Assembly: GCA_964637135.1 (NCBI GenBank)
Contig: CAZWTX010000003.1
Location: forward strand, 1-64,000
Direction: 5' to 3'
DNA: 64,000 nucleotides
Source of the DNA: an uncultured Methanospirillum sp.
GTDB lineage: Archaea; Halobacteriota; Methanomicrobia; Methanomicrobiales; Methanospirillaceae
The notes under the pieces were generated by a model. The model saw nothing but the letters and a program-made list of their open reading frames with translations. It searched no databases and was not told where the DNA came from. This document shows, piece after piece, positions 31,682-40,993 of the stretch. How positions within the stretch are numbered: the stretch's first letter is position 1; each line of letters starts with the position of its first letter. The translations under genes were made by a program, and so were the position numbers.

Positions 31682-31684
31682 TTG

Positions 31685-32240
31685 ATAACTTGATCACTTC
31701 AGGAGAGACATATATCATCTGATCCGCAATGGCATCCCAACATTATCATCGAACAGACTGATCCTCTCCGTTGCCTGTCATCCAGATCCGGATATCAACT
31801 GTCTGAAGGGAGATTACTCCATCGGCAATATCCGGGTGTTTTCCATAATCAGACTCAGTGTTTGACATATTCAGCGAGACTCACGGTCCGGATCCCTCTG
31901 CAGTCCGGCCTGTATTCCCAGCTGCAGGTAATGATTTTCGGGAGGGTCATTTCTGCCGGGAATGAAATCGATATCACGAGTTTGCAGGAGACGGATATGC
32001 TCCGTATTCGAAAACATCGTATATAATACCGGCAGGGTTGTGCGCGGTGTATCAGCCCATCTCTCATCTTCCCGGTTCCGTCGGAAAAACCCGGAAATCC
32101 TGCCGGGCAGCGCAGAATTCCATCGCAGGGTGATGAACAGATCCGATCTTTTTTGGATCATCAATCTCCCTAATGAGATCAGAGGAGAGAGAAATTCTGT
32201 TATCAGTTTGGTACCCCCCTGATCTCCCGGGATTCCCATG
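31685..32240 (-). pseudogene. Decayed GT4 glycosyltransferase
   Basis: Remnants in GT4 order: PLISLGRLMIQKRSDLF, HIRLLQTRDIDFIPGRNDP, DIADGV...VR**CWDAIADQM, with stops and frame changes. Confidence 0.72.
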
Positions 32241-32321
32241 AGTCAGTAATAAACGCGGCTGTTCAGGGTTATGGCAGATGATAAGCGAAGACTGTCCACC
32301 GGTAACTTCCCCGTTCGATCA

Positions 32322-33782
32322 CTACGTCTTTTCCTGAAGTACATTCCAGAGCTGTTTTCTTCGATCATCGGCAGCAGTTATGAGTTCCTGCCGGTTTTTC
32401 GCCTCTCCGACTCCAGCTGCCAGGGGTTCATCACCAATCACCGAACGACACCAGGTCTGGATATCCCCTTTGTCCAGGTGATACTCGATTGAATCGTTCG
32501 GCACGATCTGCAACATTTCAACGAGTTGATCGAGATCGAAGGCAACATGCCCGGTGTATCCAACCGGACTGGAGAAGTAGAACGCATCATCAATGCTGAC
32601 AGAACGGAGCGGCCGGAGAAACTCCTTTTGGTCAGATGTGTCAATACACCGGACCTGGTAATCGGCAAGCACATCCATATACGTGATAAAGGCGTGGTGT
32701 TCTTCCTGGTGACTGAAATACTGGTGCACCTCTCCGCAGGATCCATTCTTGCATGACATGTAGTAGAAGTGATCACTGATCTGAAGAGACCGCCAGGTAT
32801 GGGTATTGCAGCAGAAGGTCTGGGCACGCTGGATGGATCTGAAAGCGTTCTTTTGTTTCCGATTTTCTACCCAGGCAGATGAGTCTTTCTCGGCATCGGC
32901 CCAGGAGATGGGAAGCGGGATACTGAACTCATCCCTGACCGGATACTCGAGAAGATCAGAAGGATTGACCATCTCCACCCCAGCATTTCTCATCTCCTGA
33001 CCAAGATGACGGAAAAATTCGAATATCCCGGTATCTGCCCAATAGTGTTCCCCAATGGTCTCGTAATCGATAAAAACCTGAACAAAATCTCCGGGAGACC
33101 GGGAGACCCAGCAGGCATACTTGTCTGCAGTAAGGGGGAACGCTTCCCAGTCCCGACAGGTAAACCTGAAGGCGATATCATCAGAGAGTTTAAAATTCCT
33201 CATGATGACCGGCAGACCCTGGCAGGCATAGACATAGTTCGGAGTCCGCCACTTGAGAATTGTATCAACACCCTCGGTAAAACAGCCTGAAAATCCAAGT
33301 GACTTCACCGTTCCGGCAATCCGGTTGTCAAACAGGAACTCAGTATTCTCAAAAAATGCCGGGTTACATCCGAATATATCCCTGACCAGGTCGCGGTGCA
33401 TCTTCACCTGTGCAGCAAACTCATCCATTGTCCAGAAAAGGCTTGAGATACTGTGAAAATAGGTTTGGGCCAGCATCTCGACATTCTGGTGAGAAACAGC
33501 CTGGATAAAAAGATCCAGGACGTCAGGTGCCCAGCGTTCAAGCTGTTCAATCAGGACGCCGGACAGGGAGAAGGCACAGTGGAATCCCTCGTCCAGCTGA
33601 TCGAGAATCATCTCCGTTGCCGGACCATAACATTTCTCACAGACACGAATGAGGATCTCCCTGTTTGCCGGATCAAAATACCGATCCATATCATCTTCGG
33701 GATTTTCGTCAGAAAACGGGACAAACTCCCTTTTCAGGCGGTATGGCTGATGAACCTCGAATCCAAGACAAAATTTCTGCAT
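32322..33782 (-). CDS. GH57 alpha-amylase-like protein with C-terminal extension (DUF5752-like)
   Basis: EVHQP, NTE, SDDIAFRF, DYETIGEH, SWAD and SDHFYYM motifs. Confidence 0.93.
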   Translation of the reverse strand: MQKFCLGFEVHQPYRLKREFVPFSDENPEDDMDRYFDPANREILIRVCEKCYGPATEMILDQLDEGFHCAFSLSGVLIEQLERWAPDVLDLFIQAVSHQNVEMLAQTYFHSISSLFWTMDEFAAQVKMHRDLVRDIFGCNPAFFENTEFLFDNRIAGTVKSLGFSGCFTEGVDTILKWRTPNYVYACQGLPVIMRNFKLSDDIAFRFTCRDWEAFPLTADKYACWVSRSPGDFVQVFIDYETIGEHYWADTGIFEFFRHLGQEMRNAGVEMVNPSDLLEYPVRDEFSIPLPISWADAEKDSSAWVENRKQKNAFRSIQRAQTFCCNTHTWRSLQISDHFYYMSCKNGSCGEVHQYFSHQEEHHAFITYMDVLADYQVRCIDTSDQKEFLRPLRSVSIDDAFYFSSPVGYTGHVAFDLDQLVEMLQIVPNDSIEYHLDKGDIQTWCRSVIGDEPLAAGVGEAKNRQELITAADDRRKQLWNVLQEKT

Positions 33783-34519
33783 CAGGGATCACCTGCGAGA
33801 GAAATGAGAAATATGGGATCTGGCAGAAAAAAGGAGATAACCGGGGTTGGAGATAAGACCCAAGGCATATCACTACCTTTCCGTGTACTATTAAATACAT
33901 TCTCTTCGCGATATGGATCGCCGCTTATCACCATCATCCGGGTGTTGGTTCATTCAGCACCGGATCAGGAAGCGGGATCATCAGTTCCTCCCCGGGAACC
34001 AGGGTCCGGATCACTCATAACTCCCTCCTGGGAACACCGGAACTAAATCCGAAAGAATACGCGGATATATGAAGCACAACCTTCCTCCTGCTGACCGGAA
34101 CACTCATCACCAGGGTATCATTCCTGATGACGCTCCGGTTCCTTCAGAAGGTTCTGTATCATCTGAAGTCCTTTTATCGCAATGCCCACTTCCCTCCGAT
34201 AGCAGACGATTCACGGATCATTCACTCATCTCCGTGATTTGACGGATATCAAACCGGCCACCTCCTCAAGTGAAAATCCAACATTTCAAGGATCATGATA
34301 GCACCCCCAACTGCGATACAGCGGTATGTCCAATACCGGTCTCCCGTGATCCGGTCACTTCCTTCAGGGACAGGCAGTCAGTTTTCATCATGGAATGAAG
34401 TGTTTTCCGGGAGAGACGGGTCGTATTACCGGTCAGGGAATCTAATCAAACATCATGAAAGACCATCCTATGCAGTTGAACGGAGGAATGATCCTGGAAA
34501 TCACCTCCGGGGAAATGTT

Positions 34520-35956
34520 TCATGAGAGGGGTATAATCTCTACGGGGGCATCAGCATACTGCGGCCGTATCACCCCAGGTTCAGTGTATATTGACGGATC
34601 GATTCCGCCATACCCGGAGTCCCTGAACGCAGGACTGACATTTTTCGCCCCGAGAATGACATGATCAGGAAACTCGATTATTGCCAGTTTTTCTTCCTGA
34701 ATGAGGAGAGAGGAAAGAAGGATACTTTTATCGTCACAGTCTCCGCGAAATTCAAGCAGGGTCTCTACCGGGTACCTGATCTCTGTTGCGGCCGGATCCG
34801 GAGGGATAGCCTGAACAAATGCGAGTGCAGCATCAAGGAACCCGGGGCCGGATCGGGATCCGGCAACCATACCGATCTGTTCCCGGAGAGAGGATATGAG
34901 ATCCGACTGGGCAGGATCGGTTATGAATGCAAGGTAATATCTGCTTTTGTCCGGGGTAGAATTCTCTTCAGGCAGATTCGATATCGCTGCCTTATACGAG
35001 CCACGGGCAGCGGCATAAAGGCCGGGAGATATCGGGAGCGAGATATACGTGCCATTCCCGTCGTACATAAAATAAATATCACGGATAAGCATCTCTGATG
35101 ACGTGCCCGGAGAGGGATTAAGGGCAGGATAGATAATCCCGGGATATCCCCGGTCATGCGGGCGGTTCATGAGCTCATCAATCCGGCTCTTCTCAGGGAA
35201 TTGCGCTTCAATCATGGGATCACCAAATCCATTAATCAGGGCTTTCCACCGGGTGATTTCGTCCTTTCCGGATGGTGAGGGGGAGAGCGTCAGGGCATGA
35301 TCAAGTACCTTCAAGGCGGTCTGATTATACCCGGATAAGGAAAGGGCTACCCCGGTATTTATCCAGGGGATAGGATCCCCGGTGAATATGTCCAATGACC
35401 GGAGAAGGGGATCCACTGCTGATGCCGGTTCTCCTGCCGAAATGTATGCCAGTCCGAGATTATTCAGGGCTGTCCGGTACCGGGGAACAAGATCTAATGC
35501 TGAGGTATACGCACCTGTTGCAGCCGTCATATTACCGGCAAGTGCATAGGCCGTTCCAAGATTCAGGTATAACGGGGCTGACCGGGGTTTATACCGGAGG
35601 GCATCCAGGAAAGCGGAAATTGCATCCTCATATCTGCCTGTTTCGGTCAGGGTCAGCCCGAGAAGGTTGTAGAGGTTGGGATCGTGGGGCTTGTACAGAA
35701 GGGCATACCGGACTGCCTCCAGAGCTTCCGTGTACCGGTTTTCTTCACGGAGTTCCTCATTAATAACCGCCCACCGGTTCGGGTTGGAGACGGGCAGGTT
35801 CATGGCAACTGCATGGATAGCAGTTTCCGGAGATATTTCCGCTTCAGCATCCGGAGAAGGAAAGGAGAACTCAGGTGCTGTCCCCTCTGCTAACCCTGCA
35901 GAAACAGCACTTCCAATGAGGAGAATACACGATATCAGGCTGAATATCCGGTTCAT
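34520..35956 (-). CDS. Secreted TPR protein with transglutaminase-like C-terminal domain
   Basis: Signal peptide, TPR repeats, YPVETL..RGDCDDKSILL and FPDHV motifs. Confidence 0.8.
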   Translation of the reverse strand: MNRIFSLISCILLIGSAVSAGLAEGTAPEFSFPSPDAEAEISPETAIHAVAMNLPVSNPNRWAVINEELREENRYTEALEAVRYALLYKPHDPNLYNLLGLTLTETGRYEDAISAFLDALRYKPRSAPLYLNLGTAYALAGNMTAATGAYTSALDLVPRYRTALNNLGLAYISAGEPASAVDPLLRSLDIFTGDPIPWINTGVALSLSGYNQTALKVLDHALTLSPSPSGKDEITRWKALINGFGDPMIEAQFPEKSRIDELMNRPHDRGYPGIIYPALNPSPGTSSEMLIRDIYFMYDGNGTYISLPISPGLYAAARGSYKAAISNLPEENSTPDKSRYYLAFITDPAQSDLISSLREQIGMVAGSRSGPGFLDAALAFVQAIPPDPAATEIRYPVETLLEFRGDCDDKSILLSSLLIQEEKLAIIEFPDHVILGAKNVSPAFRDSGYGGIDPSIYTEPGVIRPQYADAPVEIIPLS

Positions 35957-36064
35957 GACAATCCCTGTCAGAATGAGATGGTGAGGATGTACAGCGGGAT
36001 TTTTTTCCGCTATCATCCATAATGGTACGCATGGTCAGGTACGAATCGGACGGCAGGCAGTACC

Positions 36065-36859
36065 ATGGATAACACGGGAGGTCATCATGACCAGTCAGAC
36101 ACACGGTATTGTATCGGAACATCAGACGGGACGATCCTCTCCGGTGACGGGAGACCGCGATGGTTCCCGGTTCTGCCGCAGATCGGTGTCGGATCCCCAA
36201 TAGAACTTGCCGTTCAGGACAATACCCGCTGGTTTATCGTCCATTACAATCCCGATGAACCAATCCCTACCGATCTCTGCCTGGTTCCGCTCAGGGAACT
36301 CCTCGTAACGCTGCCTGAAGGAGAATCCGGGCTTCTTTCAAAAGGGGTCCAGTTGCTCAGGCATCATACAATGAATGTATTCTGCGGCCGGTGCGGGACA
36401 AGAACCAGACAGCATCAGAAGGAACGGGCACTCTGGTGTCCTGCGTGTGAAAACCTTATCTTTCCCCGGCTCTCCCCGGCGATCATCGTCAGGATTACCG
36501 ACGGGGACCGGATTCTTCTCGCCCGTTCACCCCGTTTCATCCCGGGGATGTACAGTGTCATCGCCGGGTTTGTCGAACCGGGAGAAACACTTGAAGAGGC
36601 AGTCAGACGGGAAGTCAGGGAGGAAGTAGGTATTGGGATCGATGAGATCCGGTATTTTGGTTCGCAGCCATGGCCATTTCCCGACTCGCTCATGATCGCA
36701 TTCACAGCCATTTATTCCTCCGGTGAAATCAGACCGGATCAGGTTGAGATTGAGGATGCAGGGTGGTTCACCTGTTCAGACCTTCCGGCACTGCCTTCAC
36801 CAGCCAGCATCGCACGAAAACTGATTGATGAGTACCGGTCTGCCGATCCAGCGGGATGA
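36065..36859 (+). CDS. nudC: NAD(H) diphosphatase
   Basis: FCGRCG/CPAC Zn site, Nudix box AGFVEPGETLEEAVRREVREE, SQPWPFPDS. Confidence 0.95.
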   Translation: MDNTGGHHDQSDTRYCIGTSDGTILSGDGRPRWFPVLPQIGVGSPIELAVQDNTRWFIVHYNPDEPIPTDLCLVPLRELLVTLPEGESGLLSKGVQLLRHHTMNVFCGRCGTRTRQHQKERALWCPACENLIFPRLSPAIIVRITDGDRILLARSPRFIPGMYSVIAGFVEPGETLEEAVRREVREEVGIGIDEIRYFGSQPWPFPDSLMIAFTAIYSSGEIRPDQVEIEDAGWFTCSDLPALPSPASIARKLIDEYRSADPAG

Positions 36860-36863
36860 TTGA

Positions 36864-37328
36864 TCAGGACGGTCTGATCACGTCAACTGCCAGGACATAC
36901 CGTGTCTGTTCAGATGAAAGGGAACCGGAACGAATCCGGGTGATCGCCGTGAATACCTCTTCGCCTGTACCGACTGCCCTGACATACCATTCGATGACCC
37001 CGTCACTCTGAACGAGCTCGCCTTCAGGATAAGGGAGGAACCGCTCTTTTTCAATGAATAATCCCGGACTGACCGAGATACGCCACCGTGGCCCGGCCAG
37101 CTGATCATACGGGAGCACAACACGGAAAAGATCTCCCTGAGATACCATCAGGCTGCTGGTATTCAGATATGCGGTATCTGCCGGCTGTGCGAGATCAAAA
37201 TAGGTGGCCTCATCCGGGGCCCATGTCATGCCGGTGAGCAGAAATCCGATGATAAGGCCGGCCACTGCAATGATTACCAGATAAAAAAGGGATCTTCGGG
37301 GTTTTGTACGAATCATATCCGCTGCCAT
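36864..37328 (-). CDS. Membrane-anchored chagasin/I42 inhibitor-like protein
   Basis: N-terminal TM; GDLFRVVL...W...G..EW...AVGTG beta-sandwich pattern, but the NPTTG motif is degenerate. Confidence 0.6.
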   Translation of the reverse strand: MAADMIRTKPRRSLFYLVIIAVAGLIIGFLLTGMTWAPDEATYFDLAQPADTAYLNTSSLMVSQGDLFRVVLPYDQLAGPRWRISVSPGLFIEKERFLPYPEGELVQSDGVIEWYVRAVGTGEEVFTAITRIRSGSLSSEQTRYVLAVDVIRPS

Positions 37329-37348
37329 GCCATAGGGTACGATCGGGA

Positions 37349-37609
37349 TCAGGCGAGTCCGACAAGATGGAGCAGGACGAGCAGGACAGCACCGGGTATT
37401 CCTGCAAGAGCACAGACCAGGACCGTGATGAGGTTTATCTCAAGATCAGGTTTTCCTAATATCTGGAAGAGATGAAAGTAATTAATGCAAAAGAGCAGAA
37501 TAAGGCCCAGAATCGAGTTCAGAACCAGCTGAAGAATGTTTTTAATAATATACCAGAGTCCGATGAGAATGATGATGCCGACCACCATCAGGATTACGGT
37601 TCCAATCAT
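37349..37609 (-). CDS. BofA-like small membrane protein
   Basis: NSILGLILL...INLITVLVCALAGIPG pattern. Confidence 0.75.
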   Translation of the reverse strand: MIGTVILMVVGIIILIGLWYIIKNILQLVLNSILGLILLFCINYFHLFQILGKPDLEINLITVLVCALAGIPGAVLLVLLHLVGLA

Positions 37610-37687
37610 GATACCTGAAATGATTAATGCCGGTTCCCTTAAGGATATACCGATCAGAATTCTGATACCGGCATTTCATTCGCAGAA

Positions 37688-38548
37688 TTGAATATCATCC
37701 CTGCCATACCTCTTCCCGTGAAGATTTATCGATCAGACGGCAGACATTTTCCTGCGGGTGATGACTGCCTTCTCCAGGAACTGTTTCACCCGATGCGGAC
37801 CAGCGGGGATGTAGACAGCCGCTATAGTATTGCCCATGCCATTGTCCCGATCTCACAGGCCACACGGCCACACCGGCTAGTGGATATCTCAGAAGGGTAT
37901 TACATTCTGCAGGGGGCCGGGCTGATGCATGTAAATGATGAAGCGGAAGCGGTATCTGAAGGGATGTTTATTTTCATTCCACCGGGTGCCGTACAGTGGA
38001 TTGAGAACACCGGAAAGACCGATCTCATCTTCCTTGCCATCTGCGATCCCTTCTGGATGGAATCCAATGAGATAACAGATTCGAAAAATCTTCAGGTGCA
38101 TCTCCCCGGGGATCACATCCGTTTCATGCAGGAAGCCATCCGGGAGGCAATCGTCGGAGAAGAGGAGGGAGGGATTCCCATTGGTTCGGTCCTTGTCAGG
38201 GATGGGAAGATCATTGGACGCGGGCATAACCGCCGCGTTCAGGAAGACGATCCGATGATGCATGCCGAGATAGCCTGCCTCAGATCTGCAGGAAGAATCG
38301 GATCGTACCAGGGAACCACCCTGTATTCCACCCTGATGCCCTGTTACCTGTGTGCCGGGGCAGTTGTCCAGTTTGGAATCAGGGAAGTAATCGCAGGGGA
38401 ATCTTCAACCTTCCCGGGGGCACGGGAGTTCATGGAAGCACACGGGGTGAGGGTCAATGATCTCAACCTGGAGGAATGTAAGGACCGGATGAGAAGGTTC
38501 ATCCAAAAAAATCCGGAGATCTGGAAGGAAGATATCGGGGAGGACTGA
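37688..38548 (+). CDS. Cupin / cytosine (nucleoside) deaminase fusion protein
   Basis: Cupin YSIAHA..HRL..EGYYIL..IPPG; deaminase GGIPIGSVL, GHNRRVQ, HAE and PCYLC; start is TTG 37688 or GTG 37718. Confidence 0.85.
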   Translation: MNIIPAIPLPVKIYRSDGRHFPAGDDCLLQELFHPMRTSGDVDSRYSIAHAIVPISQATRPHRLVDISEGYYILQGAGLMHVNDEAEAVSEGMFIFIPPGAVQWIENTGKTDLIFLAICDPFWMESNEITDSKNLQVHLPGDHIRFMQEAIREAIVGEEEGGIPIGSVLVRDGKIIGRGHNRRVQEDDPMMHAEIACLRSAGRIGSYQGTTLYSTLMPCYLCAGAVVQFGIREVIAGESSTFPGAREFMEAHGVRVNDLNLEECKDRMRRFIQKNPEIWKEDIGED

Positions 38549-38983
38549 TCATTTCCGGTCAGGTTCATGCAGATCCCGTGCATGTATCCGGAGGGTATGT
38601 TCCATCTCGTACTGGCAACTGGCTCTCCGGGGAATCCAGTGAATCCGCTTCTGAAGAGCCTGCTCAACCTTCAGAACATGGGCTGCCATCGCAATCAGGA
38701 ACGAGAGAGTGAGGATGCCAGACAGGAGAATATCCCGGAGGGCAAGATCCAGGGTCCCGAGGAACAGGTACCGGGACGTAATATAATACCTGATAACCGG
38801 TTCCTGGCCGGCGAGTTGTCCTGCAGTTATGAAGAGGATCACAACCAGTGAACCGGCCACGCTGCAGATGAGACAAGACAGTATCCATTCCCTGAAAAAA
38901 CGGCCGAACACCGAGATGATGGTAAGAGCCAGGAATAATGCAACAGCCGGATCCAAAAACCATTGCATTCCTGCGAGATCCAT
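38549..38983 (-). CDS. Hypothetical membrane protein
   Basis: Three hydrophobic segments. Confidence 0.55.
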   Translation of the reverse strand: MDLAGMQWFLDPAVALFLALTIISVFGRFFREWILSCLICSVAGSLVVILFITAGQLAGQEPVIRYYITSRYLFLGTLDLALRDILLSGILTLSFLIAMAAHVLKVEQALQKRIHWIPRRASCQYEMEHTLRIHARDLHEPDRK

Positions 38984-39055
38984 GATTCTACCATAGAATG
39001 CAATGCGTATAACTCTTTCCCACTCCAAAAAAAAGGATGCCGGGCTGGAGAGAAA

Positions 39056-39658
39056 TCAGGCCGCGTTTTTTGATCGCCAGTTTATTATGGCAATAAACAG
39101 GGACATAAAGAGGTACAGAATCGAACTGATATCAGGTTCCCAGACCGCCACGATGATGGCGATAATCGCGGTCACTGGAACGATGGCAGATCGGTACATC
39201 AGGTGCCGGTAGTGATCAGCTGGTCCGCCATGGATCATTTCCCGGGTTATCAGGTAATGCCATTGACACATAAATAGCGTGCCGAGGAACAGGAGATTGA
39301 AATGGAAGAGGATAATGGCGTTAGCTACACCTGAAGCATCACCTGACAGGGTGGATGTGAACGGGATGAAACAGATCACAAAGAGGGTGACCATCGTGAG
39401 CCGAACCATCATGGTGTTCACGTGGTGAACATGGGCAAATATCTGGTGATGTATCTTCCAGAATGAGCCGAGTATGAAGAAAGATATTGCAAAGTGATAG
39501 AACTGGGGGAACATAAGAACCACCAGTTCGAAGAGGGTGGAAGGTTTCGGACCGCTTTCAGGGATGGCAAGACCTACAACCAGAAGTGTCATCGAGAATG
39601 CAACGATGGCATCAAAAAAAGACTGCAGCCGTTCTGGAGTGAGATGCGCATTATCCAT
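39056..39658 (-). CDS. TMEM175/DUF1211 family K+ channel-like protein
   Basis: ERLQSFFDAIVAFSMTLLV, FWKIHH and FIPFTS motifs. Confidence 0.88.
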   Translation of the reverse strand: MDNAHLTPERLQSFFDAIVAFSMTLLVVGLAIPESGPKPSTLFELVVLMFPQFYHFAISFFILGSFWKIHHQIFAHVHHVNTMMVRLTMVTLFVICFIPFTSTLSGDASGVANAIILFHFNLLFLGTLFMCQWHYLITREMIHGGPADHYRHLMYRSAIVPVTAIIAIIVAVWEPDISSILYLFMSLFIAIINWRSKNAA

Positions 39659-39688
39659 CAGTTATCACCGGATAGAATGATTTCTGCA

Positions 39689-39773
39689 TGCGGGGAATGG
39701 GATTCGAACCCACGAACACCTGCGTGACCGGATCTTAAGTCCGGCGCTTTTGGCCTGGCTTAGCTATCCCCGC
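39689..39773 (-). tRNA. tRNA-Leu (anticodon TAA)
   Basis: GCGGGGA/TCCCCGC acceptor stem, CCGGA-CTTAAGA-TCCGG anticodon arm, long variable arm, GTTCGAATC T-loop. Confidence 0.97.
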
Positions 39774-39797
39774 GCTCCATATCATTGAACGTTGAAC

Positions 39798-39808
39798 TAT
39801 TTATAAAA
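39798..39808 (-). promoter_or_regulatory. TATA box of tRNA-Leu
   Basis: TTTTATAAATA about 25 nt upstream of the tRNA 5' end. Confidence 0.7.
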
Positions 39809-39829
39809 TAAGAGAGTCCGGCCAGTGCT

Positions 39830-40873
39830 TCAGCAGGCCGGTTTACTGATATACACGGAGCCGGAACCGATCTCTTCTTTGAATACCGACAGTACTTCTT
39901 CATTATCCTCGATACGCAGTGATGTATCGTGGAGAGGATTGTTGTCATTCTGCCATCCGTCATTCCACCAGACAATCCCGAAAACCGATGGCCAGGAGTC
40001 CGATTGCAGGCCAACAAGTGCTTCCTGAATCCAGGTAACCGGATTTTCAGCCTGATTGCGCATATCTGTTCCCATCTCGCAGATCAGGACCGGTTTTTCA
40101 GGGGCAAACCCGAGTATGTCCGGATACACGCGATCCATCTGCTCTCCAAATGAACGCGTTCCCGTTCCGTATGGAGATTTCGCTCCGTACACCGAAACTC
40201 CTACCCAGTCGATGTATCCGTCTCCCGGATAATACGACGAGAGGGTATTCCACGACTCATCAGGAAGCGATGATGCAGCCACGTGATACACCCAGATGAT
40301 GTTGTCTGCCCCTTCTTCTTCCATCAGGGTGATGATGTGCCGGTACGCGGCGATAAAACCGTCTGTTCCCCTGGCTCCTCCGTTCCAGTATCCGTTCCAG
40401 GGATACCACCAGCCATTGACTTCGGTTCCATATTCAACGACAACCGGGGTTCCGAAAGCACGGGCAGCCCGGGCCCAGTGACGCAGGTTTGTATCAAATT
40501 TTCCGTTCGCAATGTTATCAAAGGAATAGAGGGGTTCAGCAGTGTATTCTGTCAGTGCACTCCTCAGCATGAGCCGGATATAGGGAGTTGCACCGCTCTT
40601 CCTGACCAGGTCTGCCTGTTGCTCAGGAAACAGCATATCATCACCCCATTCGTCTGATATTGCAATGATACCCGGAGTCTTTCCGACGAGCCGGGAGAAT
40701 CCGGCGATGGAATCACCGGTGAGAACACCAGGGACAGATGCGGGATCCGGTGTATACGCTCCGAAAAGAAGGGATCCATTCTCGGGAAGACAGTAGGTAA
40801 CCGGTGAGGCAGTGCAGGGTGAGAGCAGGATCACGATCAGAAGCAGCCATCCGGCCAGGACAGTCCGATTCAT
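39830..40873 (-). CDS. Secreted glycoside hydrolase family 26 protein
   Basis: Signal peptide; EVNGWWYPW, YYPGDGYIDWVG and KPVLICEMG motifs. Confidence 0.88.
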   Translation of the reverse strand: MNRTVLAGWLLLIVILLSPCTASPVTYCLPENGSLLFGAYTPDPASVPGVLTGDSIAGFSRLVGKTPGIIAISDEWGDDMLFPEQQADLVRKSGATPYIRLMLRSALTEYTAEPLYSFDNIANGKFDTNLRHWARAARAFGTPVVVEYGTEVNGWWYPWNGYWNGGARGTDGFIAAYRHIITLMEEEGADNIIWVYHVAASSLPDESWNTLSSYYPGDGYIDWVGVSVYGAKSPYGTGTRSFGEQMDRVYPDILGFAPEKPVLICEMGTDMRNQAENPVTWIQEALVGLQSDSWPSVFGIVWWNDGWQNDNNPLHDTSLRIEDNEEVLSVFKEEIGSGSVYISKPAC

Positions 40874-40993
40874 GGTGAGGGATTTCTGTTACCAAAAGAG
40901 AAAATCGTTCCTGATGGTGAGCGGCATACGGGCATGAGGATCCCCTCTTGATCTCCGAATATTCAAGAGGCGGTACAGACTACCTGAAGAAGA

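Noticed and set aside
31771..31790. Recoding (Sec/Pyl) in the glycogen-cluster gap, prompted by in-frame stops just downstream
   Set aside because: Tandem TGA-TAA stops, frame changes and degenerate motifs indicate pseudogene decay
33783..39773. Possible island integrated at tRNA-Leu
   Set aside because: No integrase, and I saw no duplicated tRNA 3' end (att site) by eye
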